64,000 nt of DNA from an uncultured Chlamydiae bacterium (GCA_963830365.1 CAWHMU010000018.1:1-64000), one strand, 5' to 3'; shown: positions 21,129 to 31,094, counted from the first letter of the stretch. The notes: generated from the sequence alone by a model not told the origin. Translations and numbers: made by a program.

Positions 21129-22118
21129 ATGCATCGTAAAGGCCATAACTCGGCATGGATAATCCTGCCCGGCAAGCTTTTGCTCGTATTGGCTGTGATT
21201 AGCCTTGTGTGTAGCGGCTGCCAACCCACTAACTGCGCCTTTGAACCCGATATCAGCTATTGCCCGCCACCGCGGCTGATCGAGAAGCTGCCTTCACCCT
21301 TTGCTGAACTATCGCAAGTCGAACGCGCCCAAGATTGGGGCCGGGAGCTGCATCTCGGCCGTATGTTCGCCCGCCAAATGGACCTCTACCGCGCCATCAC
21401 CTGCTTTAAAAGAGCCCTATTCCTCATCCCCGCCAACAATTGCGATCGCCGCTTTGAAATTGAATATGAAATCTTTTTGGCCTACTACCTTGGGAACAAA
21501 TATCAAGAGGCCGTCGACGCCTTTGAAACCAGCCGCCTGATGCGGATTCCTGAGGATTTCCCGGCACTGAAAGAGCTGTTAATCACCCTCTATGATGCCT
21601 ATATCAAGGTAGACCAGCTTGACAAAGCCTGCCGCATCCTCAATCATATGGATACCCTTGATAAAGCCCTGGCCGACAATATAAGCTTGGAAACGGCCAT
21701 CACCCACGCCGATTTACCGTCCATCGCCCCGGCGGCCGAAAACACACCCGCCGCCGACAGCATCAACGAATTCCTTTGCACCTATGCATCGCAAGCCAAA
21801 TCCATCAACAAAGCCAGATTCCTAAATGCCGTCCTGCCGGGAGCCGGTTACTACTATGTAGGCCAAAAAAAAACCGCTCTGACTTCCTTCATCATCAATG
21901 CCCTGTTCATCGCAGCTTCCTACCAGCTCTATGACCGCGGCTATATCCCAGCTGCCATCATCCTTACCAGTCTGGAAACAGGGTGGTATTTCGGAGGTAT
22001 CAATGGCGCCGGCCTGGCAGCTAATGAATACAACCGCTGCATTTATGAGGGGCTCGGCCGAGAGGTCCTAATGCAAAATCGACTATTTCCCGTCCTCATG
22101 ATCCAAAAAGGCTTTTAA
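21129..22118 (+). CDS. TPR-containing putative lipoprotein with C-terminal hydrophobic segments
   Basis: Lipobox-like VCSGC, TPR-like helices (DLYRAITCFKRALF), LPGAGYYYVG motif. Start moved to MHRKG. Confidence 0.7.
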   Translation: MHRKGHNSAWIILPGKLLLVLAVISLVCSGCQPTNCAFEPDISYCPPPRLIEKLPSPFAELSQVERAQDWGRELHLGRMFARQMDLYRAITCFKRALFLIPANNCDRRFEIEYEIFLAYYLGNKYQEAVDAFETSRLMRIPEDFPALKELLITLYDAYIKVDQLDKACRILNHMDTLDKALADNISLETAITHADLPSIAPAAENTPAADSINEFLCTYASQAKSINKARFLNAVLPGAGYYYVGQKKTALTSFIINALFIAASYQLYDRGYIPAAIILTSLETGWYFGGINGAGLAANEYNRCIYEGLGREVLMQNRLFPVLMIQKGF

Positions 22119-22121
22119 ATC

Positions 22122-22535
22122 ATGCGCTTGCCATTATCTTATCGATGGGCATACCTGTTGCTGCTGCTTGCCACGCTACAAAACAGCCTGGACGCAGCTC
22201 CCTGGCAGGAGCCATGGGGCAAAGACGCGGCTCTCGCCTGTCAAGGCAGCTCTAAAAAAAACTCTACCGAAGCCTGCCAAACCCCCATCTTCGGCGCCTT
22301 TGCCGAAACCATGATTCGCTTCCACCAAGATGTCGTCTCCCCGGCCGACGGCCCGCGCAGCCACTTCATTCCAAGTAGCTCCCAATATACGCTAAATGCC
22401 ATGCGTAAATATGGCTTTTGCCAGGGTGTCGCCATGGGCTGCGACCGGCTGATGCGCGAAAATGAGGATCACTGGGTATATCGTTGGACGCGTGACGGCG
22501 GCGGCAAGCTGATCAAATACGATCCCGTGCCCTAA
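22122..22535 (+). CDS. YidD-like (membrane protein insertion efficiency factor) domain protein
   Basis: IRFHQDVVSP..GPRSHFIPSSSQY...KYG...DRLMR..YDPVP. Confidence 0.7.
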   Translation: MRLPLSYRWAYLLLLLATLQNSLDAAPWQEPWGKDAALACQGSSKKNSTEACQTPIFGAFAETMIRFHQDVVSPADGPRSHFIPSSSQYTLNAMRKYGFCQGVAMGCDRLMRENEDHWVYRWTRDGGGKLIKYDPVP

Positions 22536-22586
22536 CCGGTCTTTAACGCGAATTTTGGATAAGGCGGCGGGAAAATTAAACCCTGC

Positions 22587-22800
22587 CTATCTGTTCAAGT
22601 TGATGCCCCAAATCTAGTAGTTCCTTGCATCGTCGCGTATCCTCTGCGTCTCTGCGTTGAATTTTCTAGAAAGTAGCACTGTAGGAAAATTTGAATCATG
22701 GCACCTATTCAATGGCCTGTGAATCCGATGCCAACGCAGAGACGTAGAGGTGACGCGACGACGCAAGGAACTGCCGGGTTTTAGGCTCAAGCTGGATACT
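22587..22800. mobile_element. ~200-bp MITE-like element, copy of 10470..10677
   Basis: Long internal inverted repeat GTTCCTTGCATCGTCGCG.. / ..CGCGACGACGCAAGGAAC. Confidence 0.7.
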
Positions 22801-22858
22801 TATGAATGAAAAATATAAAATGTTTTTTATTTTGACGACATGGGGTGCGCACCTGTGG

Positions 22859-23854
22859 CTACATGCTTCCGCCGTATTCATGGCTTTGTGAGACATGTGG
22901 AATTTTGCCCATATCGCTCTTATATACATAAGGCGGCATGTAGAAGTAATCGAGATCAATGATCGCCACCAGCCGGCCTTTCAAATGGTCTGCCAGGCCT
23001 GGATGGTGTTTTTCCAGCCATGCACGCAGCCTATACGTCTTGTCATAAATCTGCCCTTTGTACATGACAGGATCTTTTACAAGGTCGTTGTAAATAAATT
23101 GTCCTACATCGATATGGATGGGGAAACCATCCAGCACCCCCGTGTTCTGCATCAAGGCGTGATCGTTGTCGGCAAAACCCCGCTCGTATTCTGACAACAG
23201 CATCACCAACAACCTATCGATGAGCTGTTCGGCCTGCTTTTCCTGGGCTTGAGCCATCATTTTGTCAATCGTTGGACAAAACATCTCAGCCCGGTGCTGC
23301 AACAGAAATTCCATGCCTTCAAGATTTAGTTCATGCTTTAGCCCCAGCTTGTCGCGGATGACAAGAGCGTTCTTTTCTGCATTGGTTTTATTCAGATGCA
23401 CATAGATGACGCCGGTTTCCGGCTGCAGATTTTCGTAGGCGATTTTCCAGCTCTGAAATACATTGTTAAGCTTATCCTGCTTTTGGAAGGCTTTGTCATG
23501 CTGGTAGTGCTCCACCGCCGGAATAAACGTAAAAAGATTCAGCCATGACTGCGGACGGAAACGCTGATATTTGAAGAATTTCAATACATACTTGCCGTCA
23601 AGGCTGCCGAAGACATATGACTGACACCCTTTGCCAAGGTAGAGATATTCTTGATTTAAAGCCTGATCAATTTTCTCTCTCTCATCGACGGCTAAGGGAT
23701 GGGTGTCCCATTTAGCATTATACGCCAAGTCAGAGGTGATGTTGCTGACCGTAAATCCTGCCGTAAAGGCATAATAGAGTCGTCCAACCCCGTACAAGCC
23801 GCCAACCAACATGAGTAAAAGAAAGATTTTTTTTATCGATGTATTGATTCTCAT
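22859..23854 (-). CDS. Membrane-anchored hypothetical protein with protein-kinase-like motifs
   Basis: N-terminal TM segment, YLGKGCQSYVF, YVLKFF, DHALMQN, IDVG. Confidence 0.7.
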   Translation of the reverse strand: MRINTSIKKIFLLLMLVGGLYGVGRLYYAFTAGFTVSNITSDLAYNAKWDTHPLAVDEREKIDQALNQEYLYLGKGCQSYVFGSLDGKYVLKFFKYQRFRPQSWLNLFTFIPAVEHYQHDKAFQKQDKLNNVFQSWKIAYENLQPETGVIYVHLNKTNAEKNALVIRDKLGLKHELNLEGMEFLLQHRAEMFCPTIDKMMAQAQEKQAEQLIDRLLVMLLSEYERGFADNDHALMQNTGVLDGFPIHIDVGQFIYNDLVKDPVMYKGQIYDKTYRLRAWLEKHHPGLADHLKGRLVAIIDLDYFYMPPYVYKSDMGKIPHVSQSHEYGGSM

Positions 23855-23874
23855 ATACCTATGCCGACTAATGC

Positions 23875-24795
23875 CTATGCTGTGAAAGAAGCTTGCGGCG
23901 GTGAAAATGCCGGACTATCCACGGCCACGCCCATGGCATTCAGGCCGTTGTCAACATAGATCGTGGCACCCGTAATGGCCGACGCTAGCGGACTGCAAAG
24001 AAAGGCTGCCGTATTGCCGACTTCTATGGCTTCCAGATTTTTGACCAGCGGCGCATTGGCATAGGCATAGTCAAGCATCTTATCGATGAAGCCGATGGCT
24101 TTAGCTGCCCGGCTGCGCAAGCCGCCGGCAGAAATGGTATTGATGCGCAGGTGCCATTTGCGCCCAGCTTCCCATGCCAAGGTGCGCGTATCGCTTTCAA
24201 GGGCGGCTTTAGCAGAACTCATTCCCCCGCCGTAGCCCGGTACGGCCTTTTCCGAAGCCATGAATGTCAACGAAATCGCCGCGCCCCCCTGATTCATGAT
24301 GGGACCGAAATGCTGCAGCAGGCCGATATAGGAATATGCCGAAGCGCTGATGGCCGCCAGATACCCTTTGCGGGATGTTTCGAGCAGCGGTTTTTGCACT
24401 TCAGGGCCGTTGGCCAGCGAATGCACCAGGATATCGATGCTTTGGTAGTCTTCAGCCACAAGCGCGGCAACTTCCTTGATGGTATAACCCTTGGCCTCTT
24501 TGTAGCGCTTGTTTTCGCTGATCTCCGCCGGCACATCTTCCGGCACATCGAAGGCGGCATCGAGGGCGTAGATTTTGGCGATCTGCATCAGGGAACCGTC
24601 GGCCAACAAACGCGATTCATCAAACTTACCGTTCTCCAAGGCCGTCGTAAAGATCTTCATCATCGGCGTCCAGGTGCCGATAAGAATCGTTGCCCCGGCT
24701 TCAGCCAATGCTTTGGCAATCGCCCAGCCATAGCCCTGGTCATCGCCAACCCCGGCGATAAATGCTTTCTTTCCTTTTAAATCGATGCGCAGCAT
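23875..24795 (-). CDS. fabI: Enoyl-ACP reductase (chlamydial/plant type)
   Basis: [46 protein letters not shown]. Confidence 0.95.
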   Translation of the reverse strand: MLRIDLKGKKAFIAGVGDDQGYGWAIAKALAEAGATILIGTWTPMMKIFTTALENGKFDESRLLADGSLMQIAKIYALDAAFDVPEDVPAEISENKRYKEAKGYTIKEVAALVAEDYQSIDILVHSLANGPEVQKPLLETSRKGYLAAISASAYSYIGLLQHFGPIMNQGGAAISLTFMASEKAVPGYGGGMSSAKAALESDTRTLAWEAGRKWHLRINTISAGGLRSRAAKAIGFIDKMLDYAYANAPLVKNLEAIEVGNTAAFLCSPLASAITGATIYVDNGLNAMGVAVDSPAFSPPQASFTA

Positions 24796-25007
24796 AAGTT
24801 AATCCTACGTTAGGTCTTTACTTTCAATGTGATTAGTTTAATGCAGTCCCGAATTAGAAGCAAATGTACTTTTACCGGCATATCAGCATCTAGTTAAAAT
24901 TTCCCATCTAGACTTTGCCAAAGCTCCCGTGGTTGAACGATCGAAAATGACCCCATTTTATATAATATGGTTCTTGTGAAGAATTGGAGACTACGGAGCA
25001 GGGACTT

Positions 25008-25202
25008 TTCATCAAAAAGATTTAACCAGTAATTGACGGCATTTTCATAAGGTAAGGAGGAAAATAACAGGATTTTAGGATGGTCAGGATAAAAAAACAC
25101 GATATAGTCGATTGACCTCAAAACCTAAGTTTCTCTTTATCCTGACCATCCTAAAATCCTGTTATTTATTTTGCCTGCCTACCAAATCTTTTTGATGAAA
25201 AG
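25008..25202. repeat. Nested inverted repeats
   Basis: CTTTTCATCAAAAAGATTT / AAATCTTTTTGATGAAAAG encloses AATAACAGGATTTTAGGATGGTCAGGATAAA / TTTATCCTGACCATCCTAAAATCCTGTTATT. Confidence 0.8.
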
Positions 25203-25396
25203 CCGTTTAGTTACGGTGTGAAAATTCCATGAAAATTGTAACATAAAAAATAGAGATGGCATAAGAAGCCTAACCCCAACTACAAGGAAGATCTTATGAC
25301 CATTTCTAAAATCATTGTGGGGTCGCTTGCGATCGTTAAACCAGGGGTACTTTCGCGTGGCCGAAATATAACAAACCTAAGTGCGCGTTGTATAAA

Positions 25397-25464
25397 CCTA
25401 GAAACGGCAGTTGTTCATGGAAAATCTGCCCAATCTTTTTACATGCTCAATTGCCGTTTCTAGG
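25397..25464. mobile_element. 68-bp element with CCTAGAAACGG ends and 5-bp duplication ATAAA
   Basis: ATAAA|CCTAGAAACGGCAGTTG...CAATTGCCGTTTCTAGG|ATAAA. Confidence 0.7.
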
Positions 25465-25502
25465 ATAAAGCCTGTGCATCACATGATGTGGGAGTAGCTA
25501 CC

Positions 25503-26147
25503 TTAGGCGGCTGGTATGCCATCTTGCATTAAGTTAGTGCGCTCCTCCGGCGTGATATCCACCTTTTGCCCTTGACGTGCCTGAGTGGCTTTTTGGCTAA
25601 GAAAATCAAAGCAGCTGCCCGCATTGGAAGTATTATAGGCCGCCGATTTATCTGCTGAAAAACCCATATTTTTGGCTATCTCTATGGTATCAAGTGAAGC
25701 TCCCATGAACATAAAGTCCCATCCCAAGGCTTCATTTTTCTTGATCATTTCCTTGATCTGCTCCAATTTAAATTCCGTACTGGCATTCTCGTAACCATCG
25801 GTAATTATGGCCACCACGACTCTCTTCGGTCTATCGGCCAAAGGCATGCCATCCAATTTCTTCTGCAAGGCAATCGTTGTACGGCCAATGGCATCCAGCA
25901 GCGCCGTCGAACCCCTAGGGCTATACGCATTGGCGAATTTTTCGGCATCAACGTCTTTGATGTCCTTAAAATCATAAACTACTTCATATTGGTGGTCAAA
26001 TTGCGCCACTGTCAAAGAGGCTCGGCCATTGTGCTTCTGCTGATCGCCAATAAACTGCTTCACGCTTCCCCTGACATCGGATGCAATGCTGTGCATTGAA
26101 CCTGAACGGTCCACAATCAACGCAAGTGCGGCATAATCTGTATTCAT
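25503..26147 (-). CDS. von Willebrand factor A domain protein
   Basis: MIDAS motif DRSGSM, GSTALLDAIG, IITDGYENAS. Confidence 0.88.
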   Translation of the reverse strand: MNTDYAALALIVDRSGSMHSIASDVRGSVKQFIGDQQKHNGRASLTVAQFDHQYEVVYDFKDIKDVDAEKFANAYSPRGSTALLDAIGRTTIALQKKLDGMPLADRPKRVVVAIITDGYENASTEFKLEQIKEMIKKNEALGWDFMFMGASLDTIEIAKNMGFSADKSAAYNTSNAGSCFDFLSQKATQARQGQKVDITPEERTNLMQDGIPAA

Positions 26148-26226
26148 AAAGACTCCTTAAGTTATATTTTTATAAATGAACGCCACTATGATTATATGCA
26201 TCCATATTAAGAAAAGATTAAGGAAT

Positions 26227-27090
26227 CTAAATTTGCGAGCTACGCTTTTTGTACCACGCCAGGGCCCCTTCGGCGCGCCCTTCGCGCACGGCTTGCATCA
26301 GGCTGCGTTCGAGGATATCGGGCGATGAAATCGTCAGCTGGGCATAGCTCGGATCGCGCCACAGCGGCAGCTTGGCGCCACCCACATTTATGCAGGGCTC
26401 AATTTCCATGGTTACCTCGCATGCCAGTTCAAGTCCGCCCAATGACGCCACCTGGGCGGCAAAAGATGAGCATTGGCTGCCGGTGATGGCATATTCGCTG
26501 TAGCGGTAGCTTTTGATGAATGCCATCATCCTGTCAAACTGCTCCCGGCTTAAATCGATTTTGGCCGCGAAGGTGGGAAAGTGGCGGCCGGCCCCGCATT
26601 GAAAGAAGCCGTCATGCTGTGTTTCCCAAAGATATTTTACGGGATTTGGTTCCAGGCTTGGGTTTTGGCATTGCTGCTGCGATGGGTTGGCAGCGCCATA
26701 TTCGATATTATTCATGATGCCATCGAAATATCTGGCCTGCACAAGCCCAAGCTCGCCGGAATGTCCGCCTTCAAGAAAAACAGATTGTCCATCAATAATG
26801 CCTTGTAAATAGATCCAGGCGTGCCCGACATCGCGATTCTTGCTGCCGTCGCTGGGGTGTTTGGCCACGGTCTTTAAAAATGAGGCATTATCGGTATAAT
26901 CCAAATGGCGCGCTTCGACGAGTACGACAAGAAAGTACTGGCTTTCACAGAGGGGATCGGTGGCGGCCGGCGGCACATCGAGATGGGCATACAGGGCTTT
27001 ATAGGCGCATGAACGCGGCACCGCGCAGCCTGCCAGCAGCCCTAAAACCAGTGTGAGGATACAGGCAGCTCTCACTCTGCTATGCTTCAT
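26227..27090 (-). CDS. Putative lipoprotein, possible permuted papain-like hydrolase
   Basis: Lipobox LLAGC after MKHSRV, VGHAWIYL and QCSSFA motifs. Confidence 0.65.
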   Translation of the reverse strand: MKHSRVRAACILTLVLGLLAGCAVPRSCAYKALYAHLDVPPAATDPLCESQYFLVVLVEARHLDYTDNASFLKTVAKHPSDGSKNRDVGHAWIYLQGIIDGQSVFLEGGHSGELGLVQARYFDGIMNNIEYGAANPSQQQCQNPSLEPNPVKYLWETQHDGFFQCGAGRHFPTFAAKIDLSREQFDRMMAFIKSYRYSEYAITGSQCSSFAAQVASLGGLELACEVTMEIEPCINVGGAKLPLWRDPSYAQLTISSPDILERSLMQAVREGRAEGALAWYKKRSSQI

Positions 27091-28630
27091 GACTGGCATT
27101 TTCCGGACGGCTATTTTCCGCCATCTGCAGCAAAACATTAAGGCGGCAGTTTGGAGAACGTCCCAAGGTGCGCACAAATACCTGCCAATCATAGACCTGA
27201 TAGCGGCGGCTGCCTTTGGTATCCAATTGGGCGGGACGGTTGCCCAACATGCGGTGGCCAAAGAATCTCCCTTCACCTGCTTCAAGCGTAAATGTCAGAC
27301 CGAGATGGCAAGCGGCATCGCATATCGACAGGCTGTCTCCCAAACGGAAGGTCGATGATTTATGGCCGTTGACCAGAAACTCCACATCTTCCTGGGTGTC
27401 CATAAAGAAGATGACATCGCGGCTTTTTTCCCGTTCTTCCACCTCGACTGTATCGCCCAAGGCAAAGGAAAGACAAAGCTCATGCTGGCCGGCACGGCAG
27501 CCAATGATTTTTGAATTACCCCCTTGGCAGACGAAGGTGTGCACGCGCTGTCGCCCTCCCCATACCAGGCGGAAGGGATGGAAGCTCTTTTCCACGGCAG
27601 GATTGATCTCCAGGGTGTTGCTTTCGATAATGGTATAAGCCATGCCCTCGGCATGATGCAGCTGCCAGTTCATCCCATCGCAAACGCCTTCAAGCACCAT
27701 TGGATAAACGGGTTCTGGCAGAATGTCATCACAGACTGGCACTAACATGGCTTCAAGATGCGTCGGATTGGCTTTCAATACCCTGTCAGGGAAGCCTCCG
27801 CTTAAATACCCCATAAACATATCGTATAAAGTCACCTGCGGCTCATACCCTTGCTGCCATTCCTTTACGGCAGGGCCGATATAGGTCATCGTCCGGCGAT
27901 GCCACGTATCTCCCAGATGCTGCCAGAAACTTCTCCATGGACTATCACTAAGGCGCACATACAGCAGGCCCAATGCCGATAAGATCATGCCCATGGATTT
28001 TGGACAATACCAGGCCGACGGGCTTGGCATGGCATGCAGCTGTTCTAAAAGCACCTGCCCTTGCCGGACGAGTTCGACATCTTGCAACAACTGGCCGCCG
28101 GCTTGGGCCAAGGCGGCGATCTTCAGCGCCAGCGCATAGCCGGCCGGCTTCTCATGCTGCATCTTCAGGGCATGCCTGACGGCGGCTATAAATGCCTCCT
28201 CCAAACGTTTCTTCAACTCCTGGCCAAGCACCTGGTGGAAAAGCTTTAACATCCAGTATATCGCACAAGCCACATGGATGCCGGTGAAACGGTCGTTGCA
28301 GACAGGATATTCATGCACATAAACAGGGAAATTGCCCGCCGCTATAATTTTGTCACCCTGACATTCACTTTGCCTATTTTGAAAATGCAGCAGCCTGTCG
28401 AGCATAGTCTTGGCTTCGGTGACATTTTCTATCAGCCGGCTGCGTAGCAGGGCTAGCGCAAATAGAAAATTCTCCACCAGCGGTATCGGCAAATGCGTCT
28501 CTTCGTCATGCAGGCCATAGCAATGGTGCAGATACCCCGTCTGGCTGCTCTGCAACTTCCGGCCATAACTGATGGCCATCTCAATCATCTGCCGCAGGCT
28601 TTCGCTTCTGTCATTCATCATCATCTTCAT
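27080..28630 (-). CDS. Hypothetical protein (516 aa)
   Basis: Long ORF in an operon-like run with folB and the SDR. No recognisable motif. Confidence 0.75.
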   Translation of the reverse strand: MKMMMNDRSESLRQMIEMAISYGRKLQSSQTGYLHHCYGLHDEETHLPIPLVENFLFALALLRSRLIENVTEAKTMLDRLLHFQNRQSECQGDKIIAAGNFPVYVHEYPVCNDRFTGIHVACAIYWMLKLFHQVLGQELKKRLEEAFIAAVRHALKMQHEKPAGYALALKIAALAQAGGQLLQDVELVRQGQVLLEQLHAMPSPSAWYCPKSMGMILSALGLLYVRLSDSPWRSFWQHLGDTWHRRTMTYIGPAVKEWQQGYEPQVTLYDMFMGYLSGGFPDRVLKANPTHLEAMLVPVCDDILPEPVYPMVLEGVCDGMNWQLHHAEGMAYTIIESNTLEINPAVEKSFHPFRLVWGGRQRVHTFVCQGGNSKIIGCRAGQHELCLSFALGDTVEVEEREKSRDVIFFMDTQEDVEFLVNGHKSSTFRLGDSLSICDAACHLGLTFTLEAGEGRFFGHRMLGNRPAQLDTKGSRRYQVYDWQVFVRTLGRSPNCRLNVLLQMAENSRPENASHEA

Positions 28631-28647
28631 CTTGTGTAAATGTTAAG

Positions 28648-29358
28648 TTAAAGGCCTACGCCCCCGCCGACTTCGATATTCTGGCCGGTAAGATATTCAC
28701 TATCGTCCTGCAATAAGAACGACACCACCCGCGCCACCTCGGAAACTCTTGCCGCGCGCTGCATGGGTATTTTCTCTATATCATCGGCCATCACGCTATT
28801 GTCGATATACCCCGGAGATACCATATTCACTCTCACCTGGTCTTTGGCAAGCTCCCTGGCCAGCGTCTTGGTCAGCATCCATAGCGCCATCTTGGCCATC
28901 CTGTACGCCGGATGGATGTTGTCAACATGCATGCTGCCGACTCCTGCCACGCCGATATTGATGATATTGCCCTTTAAGCTGCGCAAAGCAGGCATAAAAG
29001 CCCGGCTCAAGGCAAAAGGGGCGTGCAGATTCGTTTGGAATAGCGCCAGCCATTCTTCCATCGAAGTCTCTAGCACAGGCTTGATCAAATAGCTGCCCAC
29101 ATTGTTGATCAGATGCTTTATCCCGGGAAACTGCTTGAGACACCGTTCAATAAATTCAGCCGTGGAGGCCGGCGTAGAAAAATCCCCCTGGATCAGCTCG
29201 GCAGCCACGCCATACCGGCGGCATGCCGCCGCCACCTGCTGCGCCTCTGACAGGCTCGCGCAGTAATGGATCAAGACCGGTTTTCCTTCAGCTGCCAATG
29301 CTAAACATAGCTCGGCGCCAAGGCGTCTTGCGCCGCCTGTGACAAGTGTCCATGCCAT
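28648..29358 (-). CDS. SDR oxidoreductase, FolM/pteridine reductase-like
   Basis: VTGGARRLG, LINNVG, YxxxK (YRMAK), VSPG. Directly downstream of folB. Confidence 0.8.
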   Translation of the reverse strand: MAWTLVTGGARRLGAELCLALAAEGKPVLIHYCASLSEAQQVAAACRRYGVAAELIQGDFSTPASTAEFIERCLKQFPGIKHLINNVGSYLIKPVLETSMEEWLALFQTNLHAPFALSRAFMPALRSLKGNIINIGVAGVGSMHVDNIHPAYRMAKMALWMLTKTLARELAKDQVRVNMVSPGYIDNSVMADDIEKIPMQRAARVSEVARVVSFLLQDDSEYLTGQNIEVGGGVGL

Positions 29359-29365
29359 ACCGATA

Positions 29366-29755
29366 TCACCCTTTAATCCGTTTAAGCTCAACGACCGATC
29401 CAGCCGCTCCGGCAAGAGCCTTAGGCTTCTTGACCCGGATCCAGGCCGATGTGACAGCAAATTGTTTCAGCACCTCATCCAGCACATGGACGGCATATCT
29501 TTCCAGCATGCTATATTTGCCTTGGCAGGCGATATCCCTGCACACCTCTGCCAACCGTACGTAATCGACCGTGTCTTGCAAAAGATCCGAGGCGGCGACC
29601 GCCGAAAAGTCGATCTCTACACGCAGATCGACATAAATCTCCTGCTCTTGCTCGCGTTCATGCGGCAGCATGCCGACGATGCAGCAGATGCGGTAATGAT
29701 CAAAACCGACCAATCCCGGCATTTCAAAGGCCTTAGTTTCTCCAGGCTTCACCAT
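29366..29755 (-). CDS. folB: Dihydroneopterin aldolase
   Basis: IVGMLPHEREQEQEIYVDL, DTVDY, LLE-like MLE, VKKP. Confidence 0.88.
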   Translation of the reverse strand: MVKPGETKAFEMPGLVGFDHYRICCIVGMLPHEREQEQEIYVDLRVEIDFSAVAASDLLQDTVDYVRLAEVCRDIACQGKYSMLERYAVHVLDEVLKQFAVTSAWIRVKKPKALAGAAGSVVELKRIKG

Positions 29756-30591
29756 TGCTTTATCGCCGCCTCCAAGCCTATGATGATGCCTTCTGCATTG
29801 GCCGGCGGCGCGACGATATCGGCGATCTTCAACAACTCCGGGGGCGACGTATGCATGGCGATTTTGATATCGGCAGCTGCCAGCATTGAATAATCGTTAT
29901 GATCATCGCCAGCTGCGATGACCTTGCCGCATCTGCCTGTGATTGCCAGCAGATCATGCAGCGCCTGTCCTTTGCTTATCTCCGGATGCGTGGCTTGGAC
30001 CACATAGTAGCTCTCATCGAAAGGATCGCGGATCAGCGGCACATGCAGGCCGAGGGCAGCTTCGATTTTGCGGGTTATTTCCAAAGCACCCTCATACTGG
30101 CCAAAGCATTTGATCGATGGAAATTCGTTGATTTGCATCTCGTGAAACGAATCAAGCGGACGCCAGATCTCTTTGAAGCTGCAGATGCGCTCTTCCAGGT
30201 AGCTCAATAGGGGCGCTGAAAAACGCTTGGGACGGTAATAAAAAATGTCTTGATGCTCGATGCCGCTGCAGACGACAAAATCACTTGGATTCTCATGGCA
30301 GATCGTATCCATGGTGCATAGGATCGAACGGTCCAGATATTTCTTCGAGATGATTCGCTGCGTGGGCATTTCGAGGATGATGGCACCATTTTGCACCGCC
30401 AGATAGTAGTTGAAGGGCAAGCCTTTCAATATCTGGTAACCGCTACCAAAGGCACGCCCCGTGATAAAGAATAACTGCCAGCCTTCTTGAGCCAGCTTGG
30501 TCAGGTATCTCACCACCCTCGGCGGCATGGTATGCTGGCGCGAATCGGCTGTAATGGTGCCATCGATATCGAGGGCGATCGTCCCGTACAT
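29749..30591 (-). CDS. HAD-IIB (Cof-like) hydrolase
   Basis: ALDIDGT, ITGR, QNGA, SKG, AAGDDHND. Confidence 0.9.
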   Translation of the reverse strand: MYGTIALDIDGTITADSRQHTMPPRVVRYLTKLAQEGWQLFFITGRAFGSGYQILKGLPFNYYLAVQNGAIILEMPTQRIISKKYLDRSILCTMDTICHENPSDFVVCSGIEHQDIFYYRPKRFSAPLLSYLEERICSFKEIWRPLDSFHEMQINEFPSIKCFGQYEGALEITRKIEAALGLHVPLIRDPFDESYYVVQATHPEISKGQALHDLLAITGRCGKVIAAGDDHNDYSMLAAADIKIAMHTSPPELLKIADIVAPPANAEGIIIGLEAAIKQW

Positions 30592-30682
30592 GGCTCAACC
30601 TATTGATCTTATAAATGAAATAAAATAGCACAACCTTACAAAAATAGACATTGTAAAATTCACCACCAGCCAGAACTGTTAT

Positions 30683-31094
30683 GGTTCATCACACAAATGA
30701 GTGGTTGACTTTGGGTTCATCCGGTTTTGCAGGCCAAAAGCCTGAAGTAAGCCAAGAATTTTCCTAGGCGAAGCCCATCTCTTTGTAGCCCGTCAGCTAA
30801 GGCTTGCAAGCGAAAGCGAAGACAGCCGCAGCTACGGATTTGTACAAAAACAATTGATAACCCCGTAAGGGTTCTTCTCTTTAGATACTTCCACCTTAAT
30901 AGATTATAAAGAGAAGAACCCCTACGGGGTAGAGCACTTTTCTTGCTGTCCCGTAGCTGCGGCTGCATTCACTGCGCTCGCAAGCCTTAGCTGACAGGCT
31001 ACAAAGAGATGGGCTTCGCCTATGTCATGCTATGCATCTTTGTCCTGCATAACTAGATAAACCCTAAGTCAACCACTCATTTGTGTGATGAGCC
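30683..31094. mobile_element. 412-bp composite palindromic MITE with 8-bp target duplication ACTGTTAT
   Basis: 27-bp TIR GGTTCATCACACAAATGAGTGGTTGAC / GTCAACCACTCATTTGTGTGATGAGCC. ACTGTTAT at 30675-30682 and 31095-31102. Confidence 0.88.

Noticed and set aside
30717..30968. Short ORFs here and at 40134-40485 and 55089-55322 sharing RSCGCLRFR
   Set aside because: Translations of the same palindromic repeat family, with no coding support.
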